Source: the human T2T-CHM13v2.0 reference genome, Homo sapiens
Length of the DNA: 64,000 nt
Reading direction: 5' to 3' (one strand)
Assembly (NCBI RefSeq): GCF_009914755.1
Contig: NC_060935.1
Shown here: positions 49,295-63,060 of the stretch, in pieces
How positions within the stretch are numbered: position 1 is the stretch's first letter
Layout: each line of letters opens with the position of its first letter
Program-made: the position numbers and the translations under genes
Notes under the pieces: model-generated
Databases searched by the model: none
Seen by the model: only the letters and a program-made list of their open reading frames with translations
Told to the model about the DNA's origin: nothing

Positions 49295-50820
49295 CTGAAA
49301 ATAAGGAGAAGCAGCAAAATTAATGAAATAAACATTTATGTTGGATTAGAATACAGTAGTAGAAATACCAAATTCTTGTTGATCTCTGAAGAAACCTTGT
49401 TCTTCTAAGCTCCTGAGTCTTTGCCCAAGCTGTACTTCCTGAAATTCTTATTACCTCCTCCCTCACTGCACCAACACTGCTCAATCTCCACCATGCTTCC
49501 TGGTAAACTTAGAAAATTCCTATTCATTGTTTGGGTTTGAGCTTTAATGCCAACTGTTCTTTCCTCAATCGTTTTCATTGATAATTTATTCCTTTGTGCT
49601 CTTATAGTCTCGTATGCATATCTTTGTAATAATATGTGCTATACTGTTGTATCTCCTTATGTGTCTGTGCCTTCATTAGACTGATGGACATTCTAGAGGA
49701 GATTCCCTCGGAGAGTCCCTCATTCGAGAGGAGAATCACCTCAGGCTGAATCTACCTATCTTGGATTGCTGATATGTCACAAGATCCCAGTCCTGACAAC
49801 CAAGCAGTTCTGTGGTTCATATCCCTGGTCTGATATTTCCACTGATGCACTACCAACTTTGGTTAGAGTTGGCTCCTTTGAGAGTGGCCAGAGAGCTTCT
49901 TTGTCAGACGGAATTTTACTGATGGCAGAGTTTTGGAAATTTATTAACCCCATCCTCTATACCATGCTTATTTTTGCATCTATTTTCTACTTGGAACCCT
50001 TAATCAAGATCACATTTGTCTAAGCCATAAGTAACTGCAAATCAGACTTCTTAGAATCCTATGGCCAGATAATCTCATTTATTCCGAAATCAATGTCTCA
50101 CCTAGATTCTACTCCTTAGCTTGAGCTCTGCATATCCCAGTGTCTTTAAGATGCCTCCATTTGGAAATCCTCACTGGTAGAGGTGAGCTGAACCCAGCCT
50201 TTGCTGGCTTATGAAAGCCTATTCATGCACATTTCTTTCCAACTGCTCATTCAGTGACATCATCTTGGTAGCTTGAAATAGGCCATGATGGGTACATTTA
50301 GATCGTGGAAGTCATCAAAGGCTATAAACAGGATTTTTGTTTTTGTTTTCTGGGAGAGCAGGTTTGTCAGTATACCCCTGCTCATAGGAATCTCAAAGTC
50401 AACTTGTCCAATTGCAATGTTTTTTCTTCTTCCAAATGTCTTCTACTTTTTCTTCTCCCCATCTTTGTGAATGGTATCCCAAATCAGAAACTTGGCCACT
50501 ATCTGACTCACTTGTCTCCTCTCCTTATGCTTCTATATGGTCATCCTCAGACAGGATTGAATCAATGTACAGAGCCCGCTAGTTGTCTCTTTCATCAGCT
50601 GTAATAGAAACTTGTAGCTGGACATGTGTTAGCCGAGATACACAACCTTTCCTGGCCTCTATTGTATTTGACTGTGGCCAGGACACTGAGTTCTCTGATA
50701 TGTAAGCAGAGGCCATGTGTGCCATACCTCCTCCAGGTTCTCTTTCCTCTTCCTACTTGTGTAAATGAGAGGGGGCAGCAGCCTAGCTTAGACCACAGAG
50801 GTGATGACAATATTCCAGAA

Positions 50821-51326
50821 CAGGGGGTTCTTAAACATTCTTTGTGACATGGGCCCTTTGATAATCAGTCCTATGACCTCTTTTCCAAATACATAAAATA
50901 AAATGTATAGAATTATAACAAAAGCCAATTATACTGAGGTATAGTTATCAACATTTTAAATAAACTAATTTGTTATATAGTCAAATAGCATTTTTTAATT
51001 AACATGCTAAATAACAAAATTTAGCAGCCAGGTCTTATATTTACAGTAATTTCAAAGCAATAATAATTATGAGTGATATTTCAAGATTCTTTATTAACAG
51101 TACTGTGATATGAAAATAATCTGTGACTTCAAGTCGCTAAGCCACAGGCATTGCTAATATTACCGTGATTTGTTGTCATAATTCATAATTGAAGAGATTA
51201 CTAAACTTTATTTAGAAGCTAGTGAAAATAAAGGTGTTATTTTTTTCCCATTCAGGTTCACAGGCCTCCTAAACTCTGTGCATGGGCCCATTTGTGGGCC
51301 TGCCAACCCTAGAATAAGACCACTGG
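50821..51326. mobile_element. hAT-Charlie-type DNA transposon remnant
   Basis: TIR-like ends cagggggttcttaa ... taagaccactg around an AT-rich interior. Confidence 0.5.
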
Positions 51327-51635
51327 CAGGGGATAGCAGAGCTTGATGTTTACCTTCCTGGATGACCTCAAGGTGCACACCCTAACTAGATAGTTACATG
51401 AGACATAAATCCCTATCTTGTTTTCTTGTTTAAGTCATTGCATCTTGGGAGTCCTTTTTTTTTTTTCATGGCAGTCCAGCCTGTCTACATCTACCTATTA
51501 AGTATCTCTTCAATTTGTGGTTCTTTTTTTTGTCATTACTGTTGCTGTCTGGTATAGATATTTCTGGGGCATTAACTGGGAATTGTTTCAGTTTTGTTTT
51601 TACAGCATTACTGAGGTATAATTTACATTCAATAA

Positions 51636-51938
<303 letters not shown>

Positions 51939-53310
51939 AAGAATACATGCATTTTAAGTGCACTGTTTTATGAATGTTGGCAAATGTAGACACCTGTGTA
52001 CCCATCACAATCAATAAGTAGAATATTACCACCACCCCAAAGTTCCATTTCCTTGTCAATTTTGTCCTCCTCCTGTGCATGCCCCGCTGCCCATGCCTAA
52101 CGTGTTTCTGGCCCCGGATAATCACAGATTTAGTTTTTGGCACTACAGATGAGATTTCTTTTTCTAGAGTTTCATATAAATGGAATAATGTAGAATGTAC
52201 TCTTTTGTGTCTGGCTTCTTGGACTTATGATTATGTTTTTGAAGATTCATCAAGGTTGCATTTATCAGTAGTTTGTTCCTTTTCATTATTGAGCAATATC
52301 TCATAATATCTATTCCTCATTTGATAAATATTTGGGTTGTTTAAAGATTGGGGCTATTGTGAATAGAGCTGCTCTGAATATTCATATATGGTTCTCTATA
52401 TGGACAAATGTTTTAATTTCTTTTTGGTAAGTACCTAAGGGTGGAATGACAGGGCCATATGGTAAGTAAATGTTTAACTTTTGACAAATCTACAAAAAGC
52501 CTACTGGAATTTATTGCTCTTAATCTGTAGGTAAATTTGGGGAGAATTGCTCTAGTAACAATATTGAGTTTTCCAATTCATGAAAACAGTTTATACCTCT
52601 CAGTTTGAATTTATGGAGAGTTGGTTTTATTTACTTTAAGGTGGGTCTTGAAAAGCCTGGGCTTTTTACACCACGTTCCTCCTTTTTACTGGAACTCAAA
52701 ACCTACAAACTCTGTTTCCTCCTTCAGTGAGCAACAGATTAAATCTCTACTTATTCAGCAGTTGTTCTGTGCTACACTTTGTGGAGTCTCCCTTGGATAC
52801 ACAGAGCTCAGGGATCAGTCAAAGATTTGAGAGTAGATTTCAGGGCTTTTTCTTCTAAGGCCTTTCTCCTGGAATTTCCCTGGTCAATTGCCTTGAACTC
52901 CATCCTGTGACATCTCCAGGCTGCAAGTCTGCAGTTTTCTGCTTGAATTCAAGTTGCTTTGCACAGTACACACTGAGGTATATTGTCAGGATAAGAGCCC
53001 TTAAAGCTGGCTCCCACGCAGCATGATTCCCTACTTTTAAGTGTCAAATTCCCTCTAGTTTCTGCCAGTTTTTGGCCTTTTTCTAGTGCTTTCATATCAT
53101 TTTTTAAAATGTATTTTCTTCCAGAGTTTAATACTGTTCTATGAGAAATATTAGTCTCATCTAAGCCACTCTGACATTTTTTGCAGCTGGAACTTCCTAG
53201 TCCATTTATATTTCATATTATCGTTGATATATCTATGTAATTTTATCTTACTATTTGGTTTTTATTTGTCCCACCTTCTCTATTTCTATTCCATTTTCTC
53301 CCTTTTTGAC

Positions 53311-53607
53311 TTTTTTTTTTTTTTGAGACAGAGTCTCACTCTGTTGCCCAAGTTGGAGTGCAGTGGCACTATCTTGGCTCACTGCAACCTCTGTCTCCTG
53401 GGTTCAAGCAATTATAGTGCCTCAGCCTCCTGAGTAGCTGGGATTACAGGCGTGAGCCACCACACCTGGCCAATTTTTTGTAGTTTTAGTAGAGACGGGG
53501 TTTCACCATGTTGGCCAGGCTGGTCTCGAATTCCTGACCTCAAGTAATCTGCGTGCCTCAGCCTCCCAAAGTTCTGGGATTACAGGCATGAGCTACCGTG
53601 CCCGGCC
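53311..53607 (-). mobile_element. AluS
   Basis: Full dimer, TSD ccctttttgac at 53300-53310 / 53608-53618. Confidence 0.92.
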
Positions 53608-53869
53608 CCCTTTTTGACCTCTTGTGTATTAGTCAAAAACTCTAAAATTATTCTATTTCCATTCTCATTTAGCTTGTTATAAAAACTACTTTAATAATTT
53701 CTACTCTATTTTGGAAATTTCAATATGCATCTTTGACTTAATGAAGTCTAATATAAATTGGTACTTTTACTAATTATTAGGAAATGAGGGACCTTAGAAA
53801 ACTGTACTCCATTTACATTTAACTCTTTCACATTTTCTTGCTATAGTCAGGCATTTCAGTTCTAGAAAT

Positions 53870-54000
53870 ATTTATTTTATTTCTTTTAGAGATGGAAAAG
53901 AAATATGCTGCCTAGGTTGGACTGGAACTACTGGGCTCAAGTGATCCTTCTACCTTAGCCTCCCATGTAGCTGGGACTATAGGCACTCACCACTGACTGG
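53870..54000 (-). mobile_element. Alu monomer (FLAM/FRAM-like), decayed
   Basis: ctgggctcaagtgatccttctaccttagcctcccatgtagctgggactatagg. Confidence 0.7.
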
Positions 54001-54044
54001 TTTAATTCTAGGAATATTTAAAACACCACAATATATTATATATA

Positions 54045-54048
<4 letters not shown>

Positions 54049-54084
<36 letters not shown>
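54049..54084. repeat. (AT)18 microsatellite
   Basis: Seen directly. Confidence 0.92.
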
Positions 54085-54089
<5 letters not shown>

Positions 54090-56209
54090 CCTTGTTCATT
54101 TATATTTGTACATTTAGTTTCCTTCTTTTTCATTCTTCTTTGCCGTTCTCTACTGTCATTTGGGAGAATTTATCTTCTGCTTCAAGAACTATCTTTAATA
54201 TTCTGTAAGACATCTTCTAGTGACAAATTCTCAAGGTTACATTTTAAAAAATCTTATTTTGCTTTCATTTTGAGGGTTTCTTTTGCGGGCTATACAATTC
54301 TAGATTGACAAGTGTTATTTATTTATTTTTGTTTTTGGTGGTTAAAAGCATCAGCACTTTGAATATGTTACCTCATTTTCCTTCTATTTCCCTAACTGCC
54401 CTTTGTTCCTCTCTTGCTTTCTCTCTAGAATCTAGATCTCTCAACCCCTCACTGCCCCAGTTGCTCTCTGACGCTTAACAGATCAAATATAACATCCTCT
54501 AGCTTTTCTAGTTGCTCTCAAAAGGAGACTATAAGCAAGTCTACTATTTTGGGAAACATAAATTTTATTTATAATTATAAATATAAACTATACACACATC
54601 TATGTATATGTGTTTATGTGTGTGTGTATATATATATCCATATATATGCACATTCTATATGTTTTTCTTTTTATTTCATTTTCCAAACAAATATCTGTGG
54701 CTGATGTGTAGAAATGCAAGTGCTTTATTTTAATAGTGCTTTTATATAGGCACACATAGAGAACAAAGATGATTAGAAGTGGCCATATTGGGTACGTTTG
54801 CCTTGTTTTCATAGTTAGTTTCAACATTTTACTATGTGTAATTAAATATATGATGTTGGATTTGTGATATTTGCTTTTCTTAATGCCTTCTATTAGATTG
54901 AGGAAGTTCTCTTTTAAGAAAGTTTGTGAAGTGTTTCTATTACTAATGGAAGTTGAGTTATTGACAAAGGCCTTTTCTGATTCATTGAGGTAATTATATG
55001 AATTTTTAAACTTTTATGTTTAAATGTGATGTATTACATTCGTATATTTTCTAAAGCTAAACAATCCTCCTGTTATGGACTTAAGCTGAACTAGGTCACA
55101 ATATAGATTGGATCTTTATACATAACTCTGCTGTGCTATGTAAGAGTACAAATTAACATGATCGTTTTGAAAGCAGAATGGCAATATTTCTGTTAGTTTG
55201 TGTTTATCTATGCCCTATGTCCAAGCAATTCATTCTGGATACATCACAGAGGACTTCTCAGTCAGGTCCATAAAGAATCACATACAAAGTTTGTTTTCAG
55301 TTGATTATATGTATAGCTGTAATTGTAGGGAATTAAATAGACTTTAATATGTATTACTATGAAATGGTTAAGAAACATGTAGTGGATGTGTATTGTGGGA
55401 TACTATCCAACAGTTAGATACAACTCACTAGATTTACCTGTAATATGAAGAGCTCTTAAAAACAGCTCTAAGTGAAGAAAGAAATAAACATAAATCTTTA
55501 TCACATTTTTATGTAAATTAAAAATATACATACAAAGCACAATACATGGATACACACATACTCAAAGACAAAAATTAAAAAAGAATCCTTCCTGCTTTTC
55601 TGGCTTTGTTTATGACTCATCCTACTGCCCACCTGGGGTGGCCTGCCCCTGCACCAATCTAGACTCTATAGTCAGTGAATCCCCAGCTCAGGGGCAATCT
55701 CTACAGGAAACTTTCCAGCATAACTCTAGACCACAACGATCTCTCCCGTATTTTGAATTCCTGTGACATATTCATACATTTTCCACCCAAACAATGTCAT
55801 ACATAAAACAAGGCAAAGAAATATCAGTTGTAAACAGGTATTTTTGATGTCCTTCTTCCTCTCTCCAACTAGATGTTAGGTTGAGTGACTGTATCCATGC
55901 TTGCTTCCCACAAAGCACTGGGGACTTTTGCTGGTTGGTTATTAGAGAAATATTTTATCTTGATGCTGTCTCACCGTCAAAACCAGCCTATCCTTGTCAG
56001 TAAGAGAGGCTCTCACTATCAGTTTTTTTTTTTGTTTCCCACACTTTCTTCTGAGCTTTCTCCCTTTTCTTATCTTTCTCTGACTTGAGAGAACCCCTCA
56101 GCAGACACAGTCTTTCTAATTTCTTTTGCTTTGTTCTTCCCTGCCCTCCACTGACCACTGGCAAGATTAGAAATAGAGAAAGGCAGTCTCCATAGTTTTG
56201 CTTACTCAC

Positions 56210-56290
56210 CTGTTTTAATGATCTCTCCTATCTGGGTGGCTGGAAAAGTACCTGTGAGTTCTTAACTGGCTCTTGTGGCTGTGTAAAATG
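56210..56290 (-). other. NXPE1: Probable NXPE1 non-coding exon 1 (TSS approximate)
   Basis: Consensus donor CAG|gtgagt at 56210/56209 in unique sequence, no ATG, directly downstream of a promoter-like motif cluster. Confidence 0.65.
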
Positions 56291-56400
56291 TTTTTGTTCC
56301 TTGTCTGTGAACACATTTATTTTCATCAGTCTGTTTTCCTCGTAAATTGGCTTATCTTGGGGTGGAGATTTGAAGAGGCAATAAACAGTAGTACAATTAA
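56291..56400 (-). promoter_or_regulatory. NXPE1: Probable NXPE1 proximal promoter (CpG-poor)
   Basis: TATA-like AATAAAT near 56315-56321 (-); CTCGTAAA 56339-56346 (HOX13/CDX); AGATAAG 56351-56357 (-; GATA); GGGGTGG 56359-56365 (KLF); GCAATAAA 56378-56385 (CDX). Confidence 0.6.
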
Positions 56401-56675
56401 CTGACAATTAGATAATTCCACAGCCTCTGTTAACTGGGTGTTACTCGGGTATTCTTTGAGATTCCTTCTCTCTCCATGTTACTGGTGACCCTTGGGAATG
56501 GAAAACCTCTTAGTTCTGAAACAGCTGTGGTCCTTGAAGTCATAGTGTAAAAATACCCCAAGTGACTCTATGGATAGGCTTTCCTCAGAAAATCTGAAGT
56601 CTCACGACAACTCCAAACAAGAGAACAAATTGTCAGTGGACACCATGCAGAGAACTGGTGGGTGATTGAGAATTC

Positions 56676-56978
56676 TTTTTTTTTCTTTTTTTTTTTTTTT
56701 TGGACAAGGTTTTGCTCTGTTGCCCAGGCTGGAGTGCAGTGGCGTGATCATAGCTCACTGCAACCTCGAACTCCTGGGCCCAAGCCATCCTTCTGCCTTG
56801 GGCCTAGGGGCTACAGGTGCATGCTGCCACACCTGGCTAATATTTTTAATTTGTATTTTGTAGAGATGGGGTCTTACCATGTTGCCCAGGCTGGTCTTGA
56901 ACTCCTGGGCTCAAGTGGTCTGTCTTCCTCGGCCACCCAAAGTGCTGGGATTACAGGCATGAGCCACTTTTCCCAGCT
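56676..56978 (-). mobile_element. AluJ
   Basis: T-tail plus tgctctgttgcccaggctggagtgcagtggcgtgatcatagctcactgc... Confidence 0.9.
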
Positions 56979-59886
56979 GGATCTTTTATCGGTTTGAAAA
57001 GGATATCTAATAAATGGGGAAGGACTATTTGCTCTGAGTTAGGGAAAGGGGATATGGTTCATTAACTCGTCATTATCATAAACATTATTTAATTCACCAA
57101 TACAGTAAATGTTGCTGTAACTTCTGCTATGCCAAATGCCTGTAACATGAAAGGGAATATATGGGTGTATATGAATAATTAGGCCTATTAATCCTTCTTT
57201 CCCCTCTAACCCCTGGTCACCACTGGTTTTCTTACTGTCTCCATGGTTTTGACTTTTACAGAATGTCACATAGCTGCAATCATACAGTGTGTAGCTGTCC
57301 CAGATTGGCTTTTCTCTTAGCGATACGGATTTCAGTTTCTCTGTCTTTTTGTGGCTTGATAGCTTATTTCTTTAGTGCTGAATAATATTTTACTGACTAC
57401 ATATTGGAGACCTTTCTCTCATGCCTCATGCCCTTCCCTCTGGAACCTTCATATTTGTCATGTGACTGTTACTTCAGCTCTGTAACATAAATCTAACTTC
57501 ATCTCTCTTTCTAAGCCTGGATGCCCAGACCCTGTGCCAATTTGTAAGATTTAGTTTTGAAGATCACAAGTATTATTAGTACTGTGCTAAGTACTCATAG
57601 GATTAAATGAATTAATACATGTACAACATTTAAAAACAGTTTCTGACACTTAGTTTAAGCACTAAATAATTAGCAACTACTACTATCACCACCCCAACTA
57701 CTACTATTTATGCATGGGAGTAAATTTTGAGATTGGCTTTTTTCTCCCACTCAGCGTAACGTCCACGATGTCCATCCAAGTTATTGCATGTGTCAACAGT
57801 TCATATGAACATATTGCCTCACTCACAATTAGGCAATATTGTTTGTTACCTTGGTTTCTTTAACCAATATTGTTTCTAAAACCTACTCCTCACTACTCAA
57901 TTTGTTTCTTATCTTGTAAAGTCTTTGGTAGCTCTTTCAGAGGGGACCAGTATTAGACTGAGTACATATTTTTTCTTCCTAAATAGATGATAAATTTACT
58001 TGCTATAGAATTAGGTGAAAAATATTTTTCTTCTTAGCCTTGAGGATACTGTTTCATTCTCTTCATGCATCCAATGTCATTTATGAAATGTCTGATGTCA
58101 AAGTTAGTATAATTGTGAATCTTTGTAGCATTTTTCTCTTCATCCTTGGTATTATGAAATTTTATGCAGATCTTTTTATCTTCATCATGTTTGGCGCTTT
58201 TAATGGCCCATTAGACCTGAGATCTAATATCTGTTAACTTTTCTTTCATAATTTTGATCACACTTTCCTTTTATTCTGTATTCTGCAAGAATTCTTGAGT
58301 TAACATTTTATTTCTCCAGTTTATTGTTTTCATTTTGAACTTTAGTGTGTCCCTCAAGTTTTTCTTTATTTCACGTATCATATTTTAAATTTAACAAATA
58401 TCTAGTTAACTCTAAGTATGGCTGCAATATCCTCTCACATCAGTCTGGTAATTAAACACACTTATTCTAAATTCTTGTATCAACTGTCCTTTTAACTTTG
58501 TTTTCTTGGCATGTCAATTTCTTCTGATTATTGTGCTTTATGCCTCTCTTTCAAGTGTTAGTCTCTTTCAAATGATTGGTAATTTTTGGTTATGTGTTCA
58601 TCTTTGCATTTGAAATTTTCTGCTAGCCTCCCTGTAAATGTTGGGTTTATTTATTGCATTTTCTTCTGGGAGAGTGGTTAGAAATATTTCCTGGTGCTGA
58701 GTGCCAATATCCAGTCTTCTGAGAGTCCATGCTCTCTTCTTCCCTCTTGGGGATTATGCACAGCACTGCTCTGTCTTCCCAGCCCTTGCACACATTCTCA
58801 GTGCTTCCATATGATATGTGGAGAGGTCATACCTCATGGCTGTCTCTGTTAAACTCTGTGTCCACCTTTACTGATTTCAGTAGGAATCATAGGAAAAGAC
58901 AGAAATACTATTATTTTACATATTTCTCATCAGGATATCCAACAAGTTCTGTTTGATATCAAACATAAATCCTGGGACTATTTAATTATGCCATTTTCCT
59001 AGACTCTGTAACAACTTTCACAACTGCATCTGTAATCTCTCTTATTTATTACTATCCAGAGTCAAGTTGACTTTACAGAAGTAAATTATCTCTTTCAGTC
59101 GTTGTATCCAATCACACAAGCTAAAGGAAAAAGTATACTTAATGACTCATATGAGTGGGAAGTCTTAGGAATTAATCTAGCTTCAGATAAGGCTCGATCT
59201 GTGGTTCAAACAATGTAATCAAGCTTCTCTCTAAGCCTGTAGGCTCTCCTGTCCTATTTTCTTAGAGATGCTTGCTCTCAAGATAATGCAGCAAGATAGT
59301 CCTAACATGCTTAAGCCATACATGGTCGTTGGTGTTCAAGATCTCAGAATGAGAGAGACCCATTTCTTTTCAGAATTTATATTAAGTCACAGAAAAAAAC
59401 CAACAACTCTAATCAACTGTGCTAGTACCAATCACTTATGAAGGGTTTGGGGGAAGAGTGTTTTGATGAACCAGTAGGCACCAAAAATAGGCAAAAATCA
59501 CATGATTGAGAGTCTCAGAGTCTCAGTAGCATGCTATAAAGTGGGGAAGGTACAGTTCTCCAGGAAAAGAGGGGCCCTCTTTCTGGAAGTAGGAATATTA
59601 GTCACAATTCAGCAAGAGATGTTCAGTACAAGAGGCAATAAAGATGAGGGCAAATAAGAGGGTGAGTCATATTTTCTGTCACTAATCCCTCATCTCTCTT
59701 TTTATCTCTCAGGAAGCTTTTCTGAAATTTTACTTTCTCCTCATATGAGTCATATAGGGAATTTACTTATTGATTCATTCATTTTCTTATTTACTTCCAG
59801 TCATTTATTACATGCCTGCAGTTGCAAACTTGAAAATAACTGGGATGCCACGTGTGGACGCTTATCTCTAAAGTTTGGGATTATTT

Positions 59887-60844
59887 TAATTAACTCCTAA
59901 AAAGCTTCTGCACAGCAAAGGAAATAATCAGCAGAGTTAACAGACAACCCACAGAGTGGGAGAAAATTTTCACTAACTATGCATCTGACAAAGGACTAAT
60001 ATCCAGAATCTACAAGGAACTCAAACGAATCAGCAAGAAAAAAACAAACAGTCTATCAAAAAGTGGGCTAAGGACATGAATAGACAATTCTCAAAAGAAG
60101 ATTTAGGAATGGCCAACAAACATATTGAAAAATGCTCAACATCACTAATTATCAGGGAAATACAAATCGAAACCACAGTGCAAACCACCTTACCCCTGAA
60201 AGAATGGTCATAATTTAAAAAATAAAAAATAATAGATGTTGGTGTGGATGTAGTGAAAAGGGAACACTTTTACACTGCTGGTGGGAATGTAAACTAGTAC
60301 AACCATTGTGGAAAACAGTATGGAGATTCCTTAAAGAACTAAAAGTAGATATACCACTACTGGGTATCTACCCAGAGGAAAAGAAGTCATTATATGAGAA
60401 AAGACACTGGCACACACATGTTTATGGCAGCACAATTAGCAGTTGCAAAAATATGGAACCAGCCCAAATGCCCATCAATCAATGAGTGGATAAAGAAAAT
60501 GTGGTATATATATATCATGGAATACTACTCAGCCATAAAAAGGAAGGAAATAATGGCATTCGCAGCAACCTGGATAGAGTCGAAGCCTATTATTCTAAAT
60601 GAAGTAACTCAGGAATGGAAAACCAAACATCATATCATATGTTCTCACTCATAAGTGGGAGCTAAGCTATGAGGACATAAAGGCATAAAAAGTGATCCAG
60701 TGAACTTTGGGGACTTGGGGGAAAGGTTGATAGCGAGGTGAGGGATAAAAGACTACACATTGGGTACAGTGTACACTGCTCAGGTGATCAATGCACCAAA
60801 ATCTCATAAATCACCATTAATCACAAATAATCATCCTAAAAAAA
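59887..60844 (+). mobile_element. 5'-truncated L1PB-type element
   Basis: ORF2 C-terminus (AKIWNQPKCPSINEWIKKMW), 3'UTR ggtgagggataaaagactacacattgggtacagtgtac, TSD taaagtttgg(g)gattattt at 59869-59886 / 60845-60863. Confidence 0.88.
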
Positions 60845-61799
60845 TAAAGTTTGGGGATTATTTATATATGAGTAAGATACATTCCCTGCCCTCATGAAAT
60901 GTATGATTTAATTGTAGTGTTATATGTGTCTAAATGCAGATACATAAATAACTATTTCTAGCACAATACAGAATAGCCATATGAAAATGGTGCAGGAGTG
61001 CACAGAGAGGGGGTGGTTGAGTATGCCTACACCACCTGGGACTTGACTGACCCAGATCCCACCTGGGATCTGGGACTTGAAGGGTGACTGAAATCTCATT
61101 GGTTGGAGAAAGCCATGAGGGATATTCTTTCCATAAAAAAGGAACAGCCAGGACAATGGATTGAATGCAAGAATATATGTTTCATATGATCTTTAGCTAA
61201 TTCTGGAAAGGAAAATCCATTAAAGGGCCACCTTTAGAGCCTAATTTATTGTGGGATATAGGAGTTTGAGCTATTCCAGAAGACCTCTTGTTTTACTTAT
61301 AAGTTATTTCTATACTCTATAAAAGATTATCTCTCTAGTTGGATAATGAATACTTTCCAGGCAGGAAAAAATCTTATTCATCTTTATTTTTCCAAGCATG
61401 CCAAGCCTTTTCCAGGAACCATTTGTATTGATATCATTGTCTACATTCCAGAAGAGCAAGTCTTTCCTGGCAACAGGAACAGTACAGCGAATAACAGATG
61501 TCAGGATTCTCCTATTTTAAAGTTTTAGCCATCAATGGAAAATATTGAAAAACATAATTTGTCCTTAAATTCTTCATTTCTGAGTCAGAACATCAAAAAT
61601 ATTTGTGATATACTTCACATGGGCTTTTGCAGGCTTGATGAATTTTGGGGCCTCTCTGTCATATTTTGGATATATTCTCCTAATAGAGAACGTGTCTTTA
61701 TTGTAGGCCATGCCCTTTTTACACAAAACCATCTGTTTAAAATAGGTGGCTGTTACATTCCACTTACTCCCTGGCAAATGTAAAATGAATCATTGTATT

Positions 61800-63060
61800 T
61801 TATTTAACAGGTATAGACTGAATCTTTAACATATGCTAGACGTAGTTCCTGATGCTGCGAACAAGGCACCTAGTGAACAAATACGTGGTCCTTACTGTTA
61901 GAGAACCTAGAGTTTACTGTGAGTAGAACAGGTAAAAATAATATATACAACTAAATTAATGAGATTATTTTGGATAGTGATACATACACTCATGAAAAGG
62001 AAACAGTGAAGTAATTAAGAGTAATAGGGAGTTGGAGTGATCTAGTTTTACATTGTGTGGTCAGGAAAACTTATCTGAGATTGGAATGACAGGAAAGACT
62101 CATCATTATGGATCATGGAAAGGAGTTTGGAAGCCATTACAGGGTTTTATCCAGGGATGTAAAATGATCTCATTTACAGTTTAAAAAGCTCAGTCTGGCT
62201 ACTAGGCAAAGAATGGGTTGTAGAAGTTTCAAGATTATGAGCAAAAGATCAGTTATTGCCTGAGTCCAGGAAAGAGGTGATACTGTTTAAACTAAGATGG
62301 TAGCAATGGAGATAGAGAAGAGGAGAAAGATTCTCCACATATATTGTAAAAAAAAATATGGCAGAACTTTGAGAGGAATGAGAGAAGTAAATGAATCAAG
62401 GACAATTTATGACTACCTGTATGAATCTTGGAAACATTTCTGAGCTGGAGAAAACTAGGGACAAATGCATTTTGGAATATAAATCAAGAATTCTACTTTG
62501 ATCATACTGAGTTTGAGATGTCTCCTAGACAGGTAAATGGGATATTAAGTAGGCAATTAGATATGCAAGTCCTAAGTGCAGTGGAGAAATCAGAGCTGGA
62601 GACAAATACTTACAAGTTATGGAAATCATCGATAGTATTTAAGCCAGGGAGTGGGTATCACCCCAAATTAGCATATAGATAGAGCAAAGTGGATGCATAG
62701 GAATGAACCCCAGGGCACTCCAACTTTAGAGGCCAAGCAGCTGAGTGGGGATTGGCAAAGGAAAATGGGAAGGAGTGACCAAGGAAGCAGGAGGAAAACA
62801 CAGAGAAATCTGTGGCACAGAAACAAAGGAAAGTGAGTGAGTGAATAAAGAAGGCACAGTCAATTGGGTCAAACACTACTGAGAGGCTGAGTTGGATGAA
62901 GACAAAGAAGTAGCCATTGGATTTAGCAACACAAAGGCCATTAGTACCGCTGGCAGGAGCGATTTAGAACATAAACCCAACTGGAATGTGTTGTAACAGA
63001 GAATAGGAGGTAGCAAGGACAAAAAACTATATGTTTTCAAGAAGGTTTTATAAAAAGGGG
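61800..63060 (-). mobile_element. L2 fragments
   Basis: ttgatcatactgagtttgagatgtctcctagac...taggcaattagatatg and ccattggatttagcaac are typical L2 segments. Confidence 0.6.
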
